A stretch of 64,000 nucleotides of DNA from Lytechinus pictus (GCF_037042905.1 NC_087246.1:6450001-6514000), one strand, 5' to 3'; counted from the stretch's first letter, positions 1 to 10,798 are shown. Made by a program: numbers and translations. The notes: generated from the letters alone by a model not told the origin.

Positions 1-714
1 GAATACAAATTTTTCGTCTAAAGAGGGCACGCGATTCATATTCATATAAATGACACTACAAGGGAAAGACTAGGCACTGAAACTTTTTTTACACGAAAAT
101 CGATGCAAAGTATTTTGCGGAGTTGACGAAGTGTCCAATCTTTTCATTGTATAGACTTTGGTATACAGTTCGTTTCTTGTTTTGTTCAAGGCACGTAGAA
201 TTTTTATATTTTCTTTTAATTTGTTGTCACTTAAAAATGATTTACAAAGAGGCGCTCATCAGCAATAATAACCTACAAGTATGTCTTTGAAGGTATTGCA
301 TTTATTGGTGCCCATATTTTATTGAATAATCAAAATTGTGCGTAGACCTCTCTATGAATTTAGACAAACTTATAAAACTACCAATGAGCTGTAAACTTTA
401 TAAGCACCACCATCAGAGGCCCTAGAAGCTCCGCTGACAAGGCCGAGGTAAGCGATTCTTCATTATTTTTCTGATTTTTATAGTTAAATTATTTTGTAAA
501 ATCTGGATTATACTAAAATATAGCTACTCGTCGGGAAGAGTCCCAGTGAGTAGATATACTGAGTTTTGGCAAACATTACTTCTGTTTTGAAGCTGTGTTT
601 ACCGACTGTGTAATCACATTCGTATTTTGAGGGAGGTATAGCTAACCTTGCACGATTGTGACCCAGCCCAGGCATGGGTCAGGAAATGAAAATAGAAATA
701 TAGACCTACATTTA

Positions 715-1376
715 TGGCAAGTTCCCCCAAGTCTGCGCAGTCCCCCTTGTCTGCGCACATTCTAGTAAAAGAAGATACGCAACAAACACAAACTTTACAC
801 ATGCAACACATAGATATTCATTTTAAAAATCTGACTCAAAATGGTGGAAAAATAATAAATTTTGGGCATTTCATGCAACAGCCTCAAAATGCAGCCTTTC
901 TCATCAAAATACCTGAATCGTGTGCAAAGTGAATGGGTGCGCAGACATGGGGTACCATTTTTTTTTTTTCAATCTGAAAATGACTGCCCAAGGTTTTTTC
1001 CAAGAAAATTCTATATTTCTTTCAAATTTTTATGAGATATTTGGTACACCTACTCATAATGATATAAGGAACATTATTAACTGAAAGATTTTTGTGAAAT
1101 AAAAAGAAATTCATGTTAAATCTTAACTCAAATCGTTAGGTGCGCAGACTTGGCGACCACCTAGTCTTGAGGACTCCATGATGATGTCTTTTTTCAATCT
1201 TTTGACATATACTTCTTCATCCAATGATGAAGAAGTATATGTCAAAAGATTGAAAAAGAGACATCTGATGAAAAAGTATGTCAAAAGATTGAAAAAAGAC
1301 ATCTGATGAAGAGGTATATGTCAAAAGATTGAAAAAAGACATCACCATGGAGTCCTCAAGACTAGGGACCACCTTC
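715..1376. mobile_element. Degraded MITE-like element (host of the 1162-1364 insertion)
   Basis: CCAAGTCTGCGCA (727-739) and its reverse complement TGCGCAGACTTGG (1141-1153), with inner copies of GTCTGCGCA/TGCGCAGAC near 749 and 938. Exact ends are uncertain. Confidence 0.4.
1162..1364. mobile_element. Small foldback MITE with TAGT...ACTA termini and a 9-bp TSD (AcademH-like non-autonomous element)
   Basis: About 60-bp TIR TAGTCTTGAGGACTCCATG... / ...CATGGAGTCCTCAAGACTA. Three internal tandem ~40-bp units (GATGAAGAAGTATATGTCAAAAGATTGAAAAA..GACAT). Flanks GCGACCACC (1153-1161) and GGGACCACC (1365-1373) match 8/9. The superfamily is inferred from the TAG termini and TSD length. Confidence 0.7.
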
Positions 1377-2150
1377 ATATATAACAAATGTCAACTTGTA
1401 TGACCACTTTCGGCCCTAAGTCTAACTCTAGTCTAAGTTACTAAGTTAGAGTAACACAACCCAAGTCTGACATGTGCCAAGATGTGACCACCACACTGAT
1501 TTTCACAAGCTAGCACATTTAATAAAAAACCAGGCAAAAATGAACAGAATAAAAATAAATTCTCACAAACCTACAAAGTTAAACTCAAACTTTCAAAGCC
1601 TTTGTCAAACTCAAACTTCAAAATCAAAGCCAAGGAACCCAAATTAAAAGCAAAAAGGCCAAAGGGCAAGGCCAAAATGATGACAATGCCAGTCATCAAA
1701 GTCCCGATTTCAACTAAAAAAACTGCTTTGAAAAGTCGAATTTTGCCCTAAAAAATGAGGAATCTGAAAAACGTGATTTGATTTGTCACAGAAATGAGGC
1801 ATTTGGCCAAAGACCCTGTGCTGTCACTGTCGGTGCGGTGTCTGTCGCTTCGCCCTTCGCGGACGCGGTTAGGACTAACAACGTTACACGGCTTGAAGCG
1901 TTTGGGACTGAACAGATTTCTAACGCAAATTGAGGTGAGCTAGATGTCCGAGAATTCCCAAGCCAAAACTTTTTTATTTGTTATTACAAACGATAGAAGA
2001 ATTCGTACATTCTTAAATTATCAACAACACACTCAGGTATGAAAATCATAACTTTAGTGCATATAATATGGATAATTTTGTGATAAACAATGAACTTTAC
2101 CTTACTCAGTTGTCAAGGAGATCTTCTTCTTCTTCTTATGTTGGTTTGAG

Positions 2151-2182
2151 TGGCGATTAGTCATATTTGACTATTGTCGCCA
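2151..2182 (-). other. LINE 3'-terminal stem-loop upstream of the (AAG)n tail
   Basis: On the + strand TGGCGA-T-TAGTCA-TATT-TGACTA-TTG-TCGCCA forms two 6-bp stems separated by an internal loop. It lies 13 nt from TCTTCTTCTTCTTCTT. Confidence 0.7.
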
Positions 2183-2751
2183 TTGACATTATTAATAAAA
2201 AATCTCACTTCTCACATAATAATATTATTACCAATATGATGTATACATATATAAAATATTTTGTTTGTATCCTTCTGATATGAAAGAGGATAATTATGAT
2301 ATGTACAAAAGTTTGCAGTAACTCTTGTCAAAATGGCATATAAACAAAACTTCACCAAAAACAAACCGCTATCTTCAGCTCAGTTCCAACTAGTTGCGCT
2401 TGCCCTGCCCTTTCAAAGATGCAATCATACCGGTCAGCACGGTACATTGTGCCGATTTTTCGGACATAAATGCCTAGGTCACCCATGCATAGACGAGGGG
2501 GCGCTAGTGTACCTGTGCTTACAGATGGGTTAAACATTAAAATAATTTGTTTCTTTTTTTTAAACAACAACAACAACAAGGCGAAAACACTTGTGGGCTT
2601 TGTTAGTTATATGTGCAGAATATATCATATTGTATATATTATATCATACATTATTATGTATATATATATTTTTTTTCTTCTTTTCACATTAGACTTGTAC
2701 AAGCATATCCATTCATATTTCTTATAGACAATACAATATTAAAATAGTACA

Positions 2752-5700
2752 TCACTCCTTACTAAAACGTTTCGTTCTTGAAACGAAACGTAAAAATGCT
2801 TTCTGTATCCCTGGGTCATCTTTTTTTAAATACTCCATTATTTGTCCTGGCTGTGATTCATTCAATTCTACAAGGAGCATTGATCTTTCAATTATATATT
2901 TTGGACAATGTAAAAGATAATGTCTGACAGTTTCTACCTCAGGACATCTATCACAAAACCCTGTTGGATGGATCCCTAATCTTAGTAGATCTTGGTTAAG
3001 ACCAGCGACTCCAAAACGGAGACGATGGAGTACAGTTTCCTGTCTTCCTAGATTACATTTATATGTGGATAGCACTGATGGTTGCAATTCTTTCAGTGCT
3101 GAGTTAGTTTTATTCCATCTTTCTTGCCAAATTATCTTACAACTTTTTGAAATAAGTTGCATAATTTCTGATAATGTTATTTGATTATGAATTTCTATTT
3201 TGTTTGATAAAGCTTTTTTTGCGCAGGAGTCTGCTATTTCATTTCCTTTTATTCCACAGTGACCAGGGATCCACTCCAGGTATACCTCTATACCTTTATA
3301 TTTGAGTCTTGTACTAATAGTTAGAATTTCTGTAATGATAGGATCGTCTTTCCGATTCTGTAAAGATAAAAGTGCACTTAATGAATCACTGAAAATAACA
3401 ACACCTGTATATATATCTAAATATTCTATCCATTCCAGTGCGAGAACAATCGCAATTAATTCAGCCCTATAGGAGGACGTAAAATTCGATAGTCTTTTGC
3501 CTTGGTAACAGGAAAAATAAGGTACATAAAAAGCAGCTGAGCTAATCCCCTTTTCAGGGGCTTTGGATCCATCAGTGTATATATGGAGTTGGTGTGACCA
3601 TTTTGTATGTATCAATTCCAAACTCAATTGTTGTAATTGTATTGGATGATCCGATTTCTTGATTTGTGAACTCAATTCAGTAGATACAACTGGTGGACAA
3701 AATAACCAAGGTGGAAAGGATGGAGAAATAATATTTTCGATACTAATTTCTTTTCCTATCTTGGATTGGAGCCTGTAACCAAACGGTTTACTAACATTCT
3801 TACCTTTAAGATAATCGAACTGCCAGCATGGTTTGATTCGTGTTATTAATGGGTGATTATTATGTCTTTCTATATTTTGTCTATACTTGCTTGATAACAT
3901 TTGCCTTCTTAAATCTAAAGGGGGTTCTCCCATTTCCACCTGCAGTGAAACTAACGATGTTAATGGCAGCCCACCAGCACATATTCTGAGTGCCTGATAT
4001 TGCACCGAGTCTAACAATTTTTTTGTAGTTACTGGAGCACTATCATAAGCTTGACAACCATAATCAAAAATTGATCTAATAATTGCCCTGTAAACCATAA
4101 GTAAGGACTTAGATGAACTTCCCCATTTAGTTCCTGTTAAACTTCGCAATATATTTAATTTCCTTTTACTTCTTGAAACTACGTTCTCTATATGGGGATG
4201 CCAAGACAATTTACTATCAAATATCATTCCAAGGAAACGGTGATTATTTTTATAAGTGAGTATACTCCCTTCAAACTTGATTGTTGGAGGGGTAACGTTT
4301 GAAAGCTTAGTAAAAAATACCGGAACAGTCTTCTCAATAGAAAATTTGAAGCCCCAGTCTTTAAACCAGGTACATAATACATCTAGATAAGTTTGTATCC
4401 TTAATCTAATATTCTCTACATTTTTTCCAGAAAACCATACTGCACAATCATCAGCATATATGGATAATGTCACTTCAGGATCAATTGGAATATCTCTCAT
4501 CATGACATTATATAGAAGGGGACTCAGAACACTCCCCTGGGGGAGTCCGTTATGGATTTGAAATGTTCTGGATTCAGTATTTGTAACTCTTACCTGAAAG
4601 GTACGTTCTGTTAGATAATTTTCTAAAAAATGTAACATTTTTCCTCCTATACCACATTGAGTGAGTTTGTACAGTAATCCATCAATCCAAAGACTGTCAT
4701 AAGCCTTTTCGACATCCAAAAATACTGCAAGAGTGTGCTCACTGCAATTGATAGATTTTTGAATGTCATTTTCTAATAAAACAATATTGTCAGTAGTACT
4801 ACGACCTTTTCTAAAACCACTGATGAAATTAGGCAATAAGTTATTTTTATCCATGTACCATTGCAATCTGTCTTTTATCATACGCTCTATAACTTTGGCA
4901 AAACAAGATGTAAGTGATATTGGTCTATAGGAGATAACATTTTTTGAGTCCTTACCAGATTTCAAGATTGGTACTAAAATTGAGTGTTTTAGAGAACTCG
5001 GGATATCCCCGGATTCCCATATTCTATTAATAATGGTCAACATAATTTCTTTTGTGCTTTTTGGCATATTTTCGTATACAATGTATGGAATATTATCTTT
5101 TCCTGGAGCAGCAAATTTACTAGATATAACTGCTTTCTCAAATTCATTCATCGAGAAAGGTTCATTAATAACATGTTCATTTTGGTAGAAAGAATTTTGT
5201 ACTTCCTTGGTTAATGTTTTATTGGAATCTTTATTTTTTTGTCCTAAGGATTGGAAATAAGTTCCAAAAATCTCTACTCTCTCTGTTAAGGACGTAATGG
5301 CTTTACCTTTCTCAATCAAAATAGGCATATTTTGTGATTTTTTGACAGGTACACCATTTAAACGTTTTATACATGACCATATCTTTGTCTCTGGCATGAA
5401 TCTGTCTAGTCTTCTGCAAAAAGCTTGCCAATATTCTCTTTCCGCTTTCCGGAGAACTCGTTGGGCTTCTGCCTTCTTTTTTTTGTATTCGTTAATTCTA
5501 TCAAGTGTGATTTTTCTTGATAGGTGGTTTCTTATTCTATTTCTTTCTTTAATCTTTTCAGTACATTCCTTGTTCCACCATGGGACAGGATTTTTCCCCG
5601 TCTTTCTTTTTTTCGGGACTGCTTCATGAATACATTCCTTCAAGCGTTCCATAAATGAATAAAAAATGTTCTTAATACCATCTTCAGATTTAATTATTTC

Positions 5701-6516
5701 ATTTTTTATGATATTTTCACATTTGTATGCAAATATGGGCCAGTTAACATTCTTGAAAGAAATATGTTCATGAGGCATGTTATCTTTGGCCTGATTACTT
5801 AGATTTTCATGATTTTTACCTTTCTTTCCAAGTGTTATTTGTATAATAATTGGAAAATGATCGCTCCCTAAGGAATCTTCCATAACCTTCCATATCGCCT
5901 TACCGGCCAGTGATGGGGAGGACATACATAGATCTAAGCACGAAAGCTTTCCAGTACAAGGATCAAGTCTAGTTCCTGTTTTATCATTCAATACTATTAA
6001 GTTATTCTCATATATAAATTGCTCAATGGCTTGTCCATTTCTGTCGGTTTTGTCACTGCCCCAGAGGGTACTATGAGCGTTGAAATCACCTAAGATTATT
6101 AGGTTATCTGTTTCATTAACATTCTTCAACAATGTGTTTAGAATTGATTCGTTTAATTTTTTGCATGGATTATAAAAGTTGATGATAGATATTTTTTTAT
6201 TGGTGACATATATGTTCACATGTTGTAATTCTAGACTTGAATCATTGATTGGATCTTCGTACTTAATCCTATCATGAATATATATTGCACAACCCCCTCT
6301 TCGTTGACCTTCCCTATTTCTTGGGAGGCATGTATAATTTGGAATACAAAGTGAACTATTATCATAAAACCACGTTTCTTGAACACAAATTAAATCATAT
6401 TCTTTATTTATTTTTAGATGATTAAGTAGCTCTTGTCCGTGCCCTAATAAGCCCTGAGAATTCCATTGAAGAATGGAAAGTAGGGCAAGGAAAGCGTTAG
6501 TTCCTGCGTTGTTGAG
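2752..6516 (-). CDS. LINE ORF2: AP endonuclease, reverse transcriptase, RNase H and C-terminal zinc knuckle
   Basis: The frame stays open upstream of the ORF-track start (a GTG at 6219) to the stop at 6519-6517, adding LSILQWNSQGL...ICVQETW...RGGCAIYI. Downstream motifs are GDFNAH, SDHFP, YRPISLTS, PQGSVLSP, YADD, YTDGSK, RAELIAI, FSDSLS, WIPGHCGIKGNEIAD and CDRC..HYLLHC. No internal stops. Confidence 0.95.
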   Translation of the reverse strand, partial: LNNAGTNAFLALLSILQWNSQGLLGHGQELLNHLKINKEYDLICVQETWFYDNSSLCIPNYTCLPRNREGQRRGGCAIYIHDRIKYEDPINDSSLELQHVNIYVTNKKISIINFYNPCKKLNESILNTLLKNVNETDNLIILGDFNAHSTLWGSDKTDRNGQAIEQFIYENNLIVLNDKTGTRLDPCTGKLSCLDLCMSSPSLAGKAIWKVMEDSLGSDHFPIIIQITLGKKGKNHENLSNQAKDNMPHEHISFKNVNWPIFAYKCENIIKNEIIKSEDGIKNIFYSFMERLKECIHEAVPKKRKTGKNPVPWWNKECTEKIKERNRIRNHLSRKITLDRINEYKKKKAEAQRVLRKAEREYWQAFCRRLDRFMPETKIWSCIKRLNGVPVKKSQNMPILIEKGKAITSLTERVEIFGTYFQSLGQKNKDSNKTLTKEVQNSFYQNEHVINEPFSMNEFEKAVISSKFAAPGKDNIPYIVYENMPKSTKEIMLTIINRIWESGDIPSSLKHSILVPILKSGKDSKNVISYRPISLTSCFAKVIERMIKDRLQWYMDKNNLLPNFISGFRKGRSTTDNIVLLENDIQKSINCSEHTLAVFLDVEKAYDSLWIDGLLYKLTQCGIGGKMLHFLENYLTERTFQVRVTNTESRTFQIHNGLPQGSVLSPLLYNVMMRDIPIDPEVTLSIYADDCAVWFSGKNVENIRLRIQTYLDVLCTWFKDWGFKFSIEKTVPVFFTKLSNVTPPTIKFEGSILTYKNNHRFLGMIFDSKLSWHPHIENVVSRSKRKLNILRSLTGTKWGSSSKSLLMVYRAIIRSIFDYGCQAYDSAPVTTKKLLDSVQYQALRICAGGLPLTSLVSLQVEMGEPPLDLRRQMLSSKYRQNIERHNNHPLITRIKPCWQFDYLKGKNVSKPFGYRLQSKIGKEISIENIISPSFPPWLFCPPVVSTELSSQIKKSDHPIQLQQLSLELIHTKWSHQLHIYTDGSKAPEKGISSAAFYVPYFSCYQGKRLSNFTSSYRAELIAIVLALEWIEYLDIYTGVVIFSDSLSALLSLQNRKDDPIITEILTISTRLKYKGIEVYLEWIPGHCGIKGNEIADSCAKKALSNKIEIHNQITLSEIMQLISKSCKIIWQERWNKTNSALKELQPSVLSTYKCNLGRQETVLHRLRFGVAGLNQDLLRLGIHPTGFCDRCPEVETVRHYLLHCPKYIIERSMLLVELNESQPGQIMEYLKKDDPGIQKAFLRFVSRTKRFSKE

Positions 6517-7927
6517 TTATGATTTCCTTTTTTTGTTGCCGCAATCTTCTTGCAGCGGTTAAAATTAAAGCATTTATTTCTTCTTCTTCTCTCCCTTCAG
6601 TTAATGACATAATCAATTGACATATAAAAACAACAATTTGCTCATCACTAGCTAGACTTATGAAATTAGGTGTGGTGTTCTTTGCCGATGTACCGGCTGA
6701 CCTGGTAGCCTGGTCTTTAACTGCAGACAGTGGCGTATCCCTTTGTTGGGTGTCGACAGGGAGGTTAGTCTCCATAGGTAGTTCACTTGAAACTGTTTCT
6801 ACCTGTGTATTTGTAACTTTACTCTGGTCATCTGTTAAGTTGGTTTTTTCTCTTAACTTAGGTACTGATTGGGAACATTCTTTAGCATCTTCAGTGACTG
6901 TCTGTGTGACCCTTTTTTCACTTTGTGTTTTCCAGACCTGGGATGCTTCAGCATATGTTAGCTTTCTTATTATCTTTATTTCTTGTACTTCTTTTGCTTT
7001 TTTTGCCTGCTGGCATCCTTTAAATGCAGCGGAGTGTTCACCTCCACAATTGGCACATATTGGTGTCAATTTCTTTGGGCATTGATCAAAATTATGGTGA
7101 TCTCCACATCTAACACATCTAATCTGAGATCTACATATATCAGCAGTGTGACCATACCTTTGACACTTAAAACATCTGAATACAGGAGGGATATATGGTT
7201 TTACTATAAACATCTGGTAGCCTAGATTGACATTCTGAGGGAGATCTGCCCGACTAAAAGTAAGAATCACACTCCTCAAGGGAATAAAAGTAGGCTGATT
7301 GATATCAACATCTTCTCTTTCTTTGTCATTTTTGTTTCTCTGATATTTCTTTACTATTCTTTTTACTGCTGTCACTTTCTGGTCCCTCAATTCTTCAAGA
7401 ATATCCTCTTCTGATGTTTCAGTTGGGACACCATATATCACTCCTTTAATTCCCGACCTACTTTCCGTGACCTTTACTGGTATATTACCAATGTTTTGCA
7501 TCTGTGCGATGGATTTCATTTGCTTTAGATTGATACACTTTACCAGCAACCCAGTGCTAATTGGTTTGATAAACTCTACTGGTTGTGAACTCACGTCTCT
7601 GATCGCTCTTTTAACTTTTAAGGGATCAATATTCCTTAAATTCAATTTCTTCTGTCTATCTATAGGTGCTATAAATAGCTTGAAATCAGACAATCTTTTG
7701 GTCGAAGTAAAACCTGGAGTACGATATGATGTATTCGAGTCAGAGTCTGACGATGCATTTTGATTAATATTTTCAATTGTAATCTCGTCACTCTTTTCTC
7801 TTTTTCTTTTTTCTGGTTGGTACGAAGTGCTTTTTTTTCGACGTGGTCTTTGTATCATCCAAATATTATCTTCATCCGTACTCGTTATTGTGTGGTCCGG
7901 CTCGGATGCCGCCGGCCCAGTCGCCAT
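6497..7927 (-). CDS. LINE ORF1: gag-like nucleic-acid-binding protein with three CCHC knuckles
   Basis: 476-aa ORF with a KGVIYGVP...EELRDQKVTAVKRI segment typical of the region before the knuckles, followed by CFKCQRYGHTADIC, CVRCGDHHNFDQC and CANCGGEHSAAFKGC. Confidence 0.93.
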   Translation of the reverse strand: MATGPAASEPDHTITSTDEDNIWMIQRPRRKKSTSYQPEKRKREKSDEITIENINQNASSDSDSNTSYRTPGFTSTKRLSDFKLFIAPIDRQKKLNLRNIDPLKVKRAIRDVSSQPVEFIKPISTGLLVKCINLKQMKSIAQMQNIGNIPVKVTESRSGIKGVIYGVPTETSEEDILEELRDQKVTAVKRIVKKYQRNKNDKEREDVDINQPTFIPLRSVILTFSRADLPQNVNLGYQMFIVKPYIPPVFRCFKCQRYGHTADICRSQIRCVRCGDHHNFDQCPKKLTPICANCGGEHSAAFKGCQQAKKAKEVQEIKIIRKLTYAEASQVWKTQSEKRVTQTVTEDAKECSQSVPKLREKTNLTDDQSKVTNTQVETVSSELPMETNLPVDTQQRDTPLSAVKDQATRSAGTSAKNTTPNFISLASDEQIVVFICQLIMSLTEGREEEEINALILTAARRLRQQKKEIITQQRRN

Positions 7928-9192
7928 GATTGGCCTTTGGTAAAAGGGCGGGAAATTTGAATGTTAGTACGGTGCGTATATAGGTGCGACCTGCGACATA
8001 AAGTAAGTGTGAAGTGCTTAAAAAGCCCACAAATGTTCGCTTACCCTGTCACTTGACCATATAGCGATGTTCCAAATGCACAATTTAGACTAACAACGCG
8101 GTATTGGTATAATTTACAGAATTTTCCTGATATTTTCCTGATTTTTTCAGAGAAAGTGAATTGCACGTCCTACTATTGCCACGTAGGTACCTTTGGTCTT
8201 TTGAAATGATGGTTGTTTACGCGATCCTATGGTATCTTCAATGCGTCTTTTTTTTTCCTTTTCCTAATCAGATTCGATTGTCAGACTTATTCCTTTTCTC
8301 TCCCTAATAAAATGATTACTTTACGCCCGGTACATGTATTTTATGTCAATTTATCTATTTGATATCTAATACATGTAGGATGATCACAGGTAAGTTTTAA
8401 TAACATTGAAATTGTTCAATGGAAAACAAAATAAAACGTAACTATACTCATGATCGAAATCGATACGAAAGTGTTTTTGCGTTGTGTGATAACTATCATT
8501 TACACATTTACCTGACGGCGACTACATGGGGGAAAAATTAGGAAAGGGGGAGTGAAAAGGAAAGGAAGATAATGGAAGGAATTTTAAAAAATTCTACATT
8601 TTTTTGTTTTTATTCAAAGAGTGTCCTAAGCCTTATACCCCTCTGACGTATGAACATTTTATAGAATATTATAGACTGTGCAGCGATTTTGCTCCCCCTA
8701 CCCTATACAGTGCGTATCAAAAAAAGTTTACACTTTGAAAAAGCCCTGGGGATTAAAAAATATACAACATGTGGGTATTTTTTTCACATATAATGTTGGT
8801 TTTGGGTCTCATCTATCCAATGAAAGGAAAAGTTTTGACAGAATGTTACAATTGAGTGAGCACTGTCCATTTTTGTAAAGCTCGCAGAAATCTGTTTGCG
8901 CAGAAATGCTCGTTTTCACGCTGTGTCAAGGGGAAAGGGGCGAAATCAAACTTACCCTGCGAAACATTTCTCATACATGTCCCTTGCACTTTAGTCAATT
9001 GAAATTAAACGGATACATTTAAGCATTTTGTAACAATTTTGCCACCCAAATTGAAATTTCAACACTTAGTAAGCACAACCTTTACCCTTTTTGTGCCAGC
9101 TGGATCTGAGGACATAACTGAATCTGAACAAAAATTTATCAGACATCTCCAGCATTTTTTTCACTATTTTTTTTATCATTTAAAGTGGGTTT

Positions 9193-10639
9193 CAGTGGCG
9201 TAACTACGGGGGGGGGGCATGGGGGGCACGTGCCCCCCAATCGGCTGGCAAAAAAAAAAAAAAAAAAAAAAGGGGAAAAGGAGAAAAAGAGGGAGAAAGG
9301 GAAAGAAACGTAGTGGGAAATAAGAAATTATTGTTCATTATAATGTTATTATATGATTATGTTATGTTATATTACTTTAAAAAAATCATAACTTTATGAA
9401 ACAAAATTTGCTCAGGGCCTATGTCTTCATTGTTCCTGGCGCTCGCATCGTCTGTTTAACGAGATATATAATCCCGTTGTACTAAAACCTCCCGTTTTCA
9501 AGTCAATATACACCAAATATATTTCCTCGCACTTCGAATTATTATTGTTTTATGTAGTTACATATGCTTCTTTTTCATGACTACTTAAAGTGGTTGCCCC
9601 ATTTTAAGGTCTTAATATAAAACACTTCCTGTCCGTGCTTACGATCGCATTACTGGATAGCTGAGATATGTCTGCTCTTCATGAATTCCTAAAATCAGTC
9701 CTTAAAATTTAACTTTTTTATCTGAAAATCAAACATTTTCAGCTTGCGCTTCGCGCTCGCATCATTTGGTTAGCGAAATACGCATGGTCTTCGTGAATTC
9801 CTACAAACAAGCCTTAGAATTCCCCTCTTCAGTTCTGAATTAGGTAAATTTCCAGCTCGCGCTTCGCGCTCGCAATATTTGATTAGTGAGATGCGTATAA
9901 TAATCATGATTACAATGACTACAAAAAAAGTGCTTCATGTGTTTAGATGTAATTCTAGTAACATCAGCATGCACTTGGCACTCGCATTAGATGACTATGG
10001 TGAGATATGTGTACTCTTAATGGATTCCTTAAAAAAATAGCCCTTAAAATAGCCCTGTTCAGGGTCAAAATATACAAAAATTTCAGCTCGCGCTTCGCGC
10101 TCGCATCATTTGGTTAGTGAAATATGTATGGTCTTCGTGAATTCCAACAAACAAATCTTAGAATGCTTCTCTTAAGGTCTGAATTTCCTAAATTTTCAGC
10201 TCGCGCTCGCAATATTTGATTAGTGAGATGCGATATGATAATCATGATTACAACGACTACAAAAAGTGCCACATGACTGTTTAGATGTAATTCTAACAAA
10301 ATCAGCATACGCAAGCTTGGCACTCGCATTAGATGATTATGGTGAGACATGTATATACTGTTTGTTTTATAGCAAGACAGGTATGTATCATGATTACACA
10401 AATTTGCTTATAACCCTTTTTAATTCTGAATATCAAAAAATTTCAGCTCGCGCTTCGCGCTCGCATTATATGATCAGTGAGATACATATCCGCTTTAATG
10501 GCACTGTCCTTAAAATGTCACTATTACTTATAGGTCAGTATACCTGGCAACTAAGCGCGCTTCGCGTGCTCATTAAGTGACTCAATTTTTTTGTTGGTGC
10601 CCCCCCCCCCCCAATGCCGTGACCCACGGTACGCCACTG
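9193..10639. mobile_element. hAT-like non-autonomous element with internal subrepeats
   Basis: Termini CAGTGGCGTA...TACGCCACTG with 8-bp TSD GTGGGTTT / GTGGTTTT. The empty site AAAGTGGGTTTACAT is present (reverse strand) in the second Tc1-like copy near 17750-17767. The motif TTCAGCTCGCGCTTCGCGCTCGCA recurs near 9738, 9850, 10082, 10195 (shortened) and 10442. Confidence 0.85.
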
Positions 10640-10798
10640 GTGGTTTTACATATCATTTTTCATTCAATACTTGTTTCTCCACTTTTTTCAAGCTTGAAAA
10701 TGATTAACAAAATGAAAATCGAGTCTAAGTCATTTCATGTAAATCACAGCAGCTCGGTGTAAAGCAAATGTCGTCATAATGGCCTTGTTGTGTGGGGG

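Larger units (their letters stand above)
2122..8200 (-). mobile_element. Near full-length non-LTR retrotransposon, I group (Nimb/I-like, with RNase H)
   Basis: Two open ORFs (gag-like ORF1; APE-RT-RNaseH-CCHC ORF2), a ~630-bp 3' UTR ending in a stem-loop (2151-2182) and an (AAG)n tail (2122-2137). A GGACGTGC motif lies at 8170-8163 in the putative 5' UTR. The 5' boundary is approximate and no TSD was found. Confidence 0.93.

Noticed and set aside
5297..7960. Plus-strand ORFs 5297-5629, 6660-7085, 6983-7225, 7467-7763 and 7760-7960
   Set aside because: Antisense shadows of the LINE ORFs with no recognisable domains.
8163..8209. Inr (TCATTT, 8209-8204) plus DPE-like GGACGTG as the LINE internal promoter
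   Set aside because: The spacing is about +38 rather than the canonical +28 and the element's 5' end is undefined. It was used only as a rough boundary hint.
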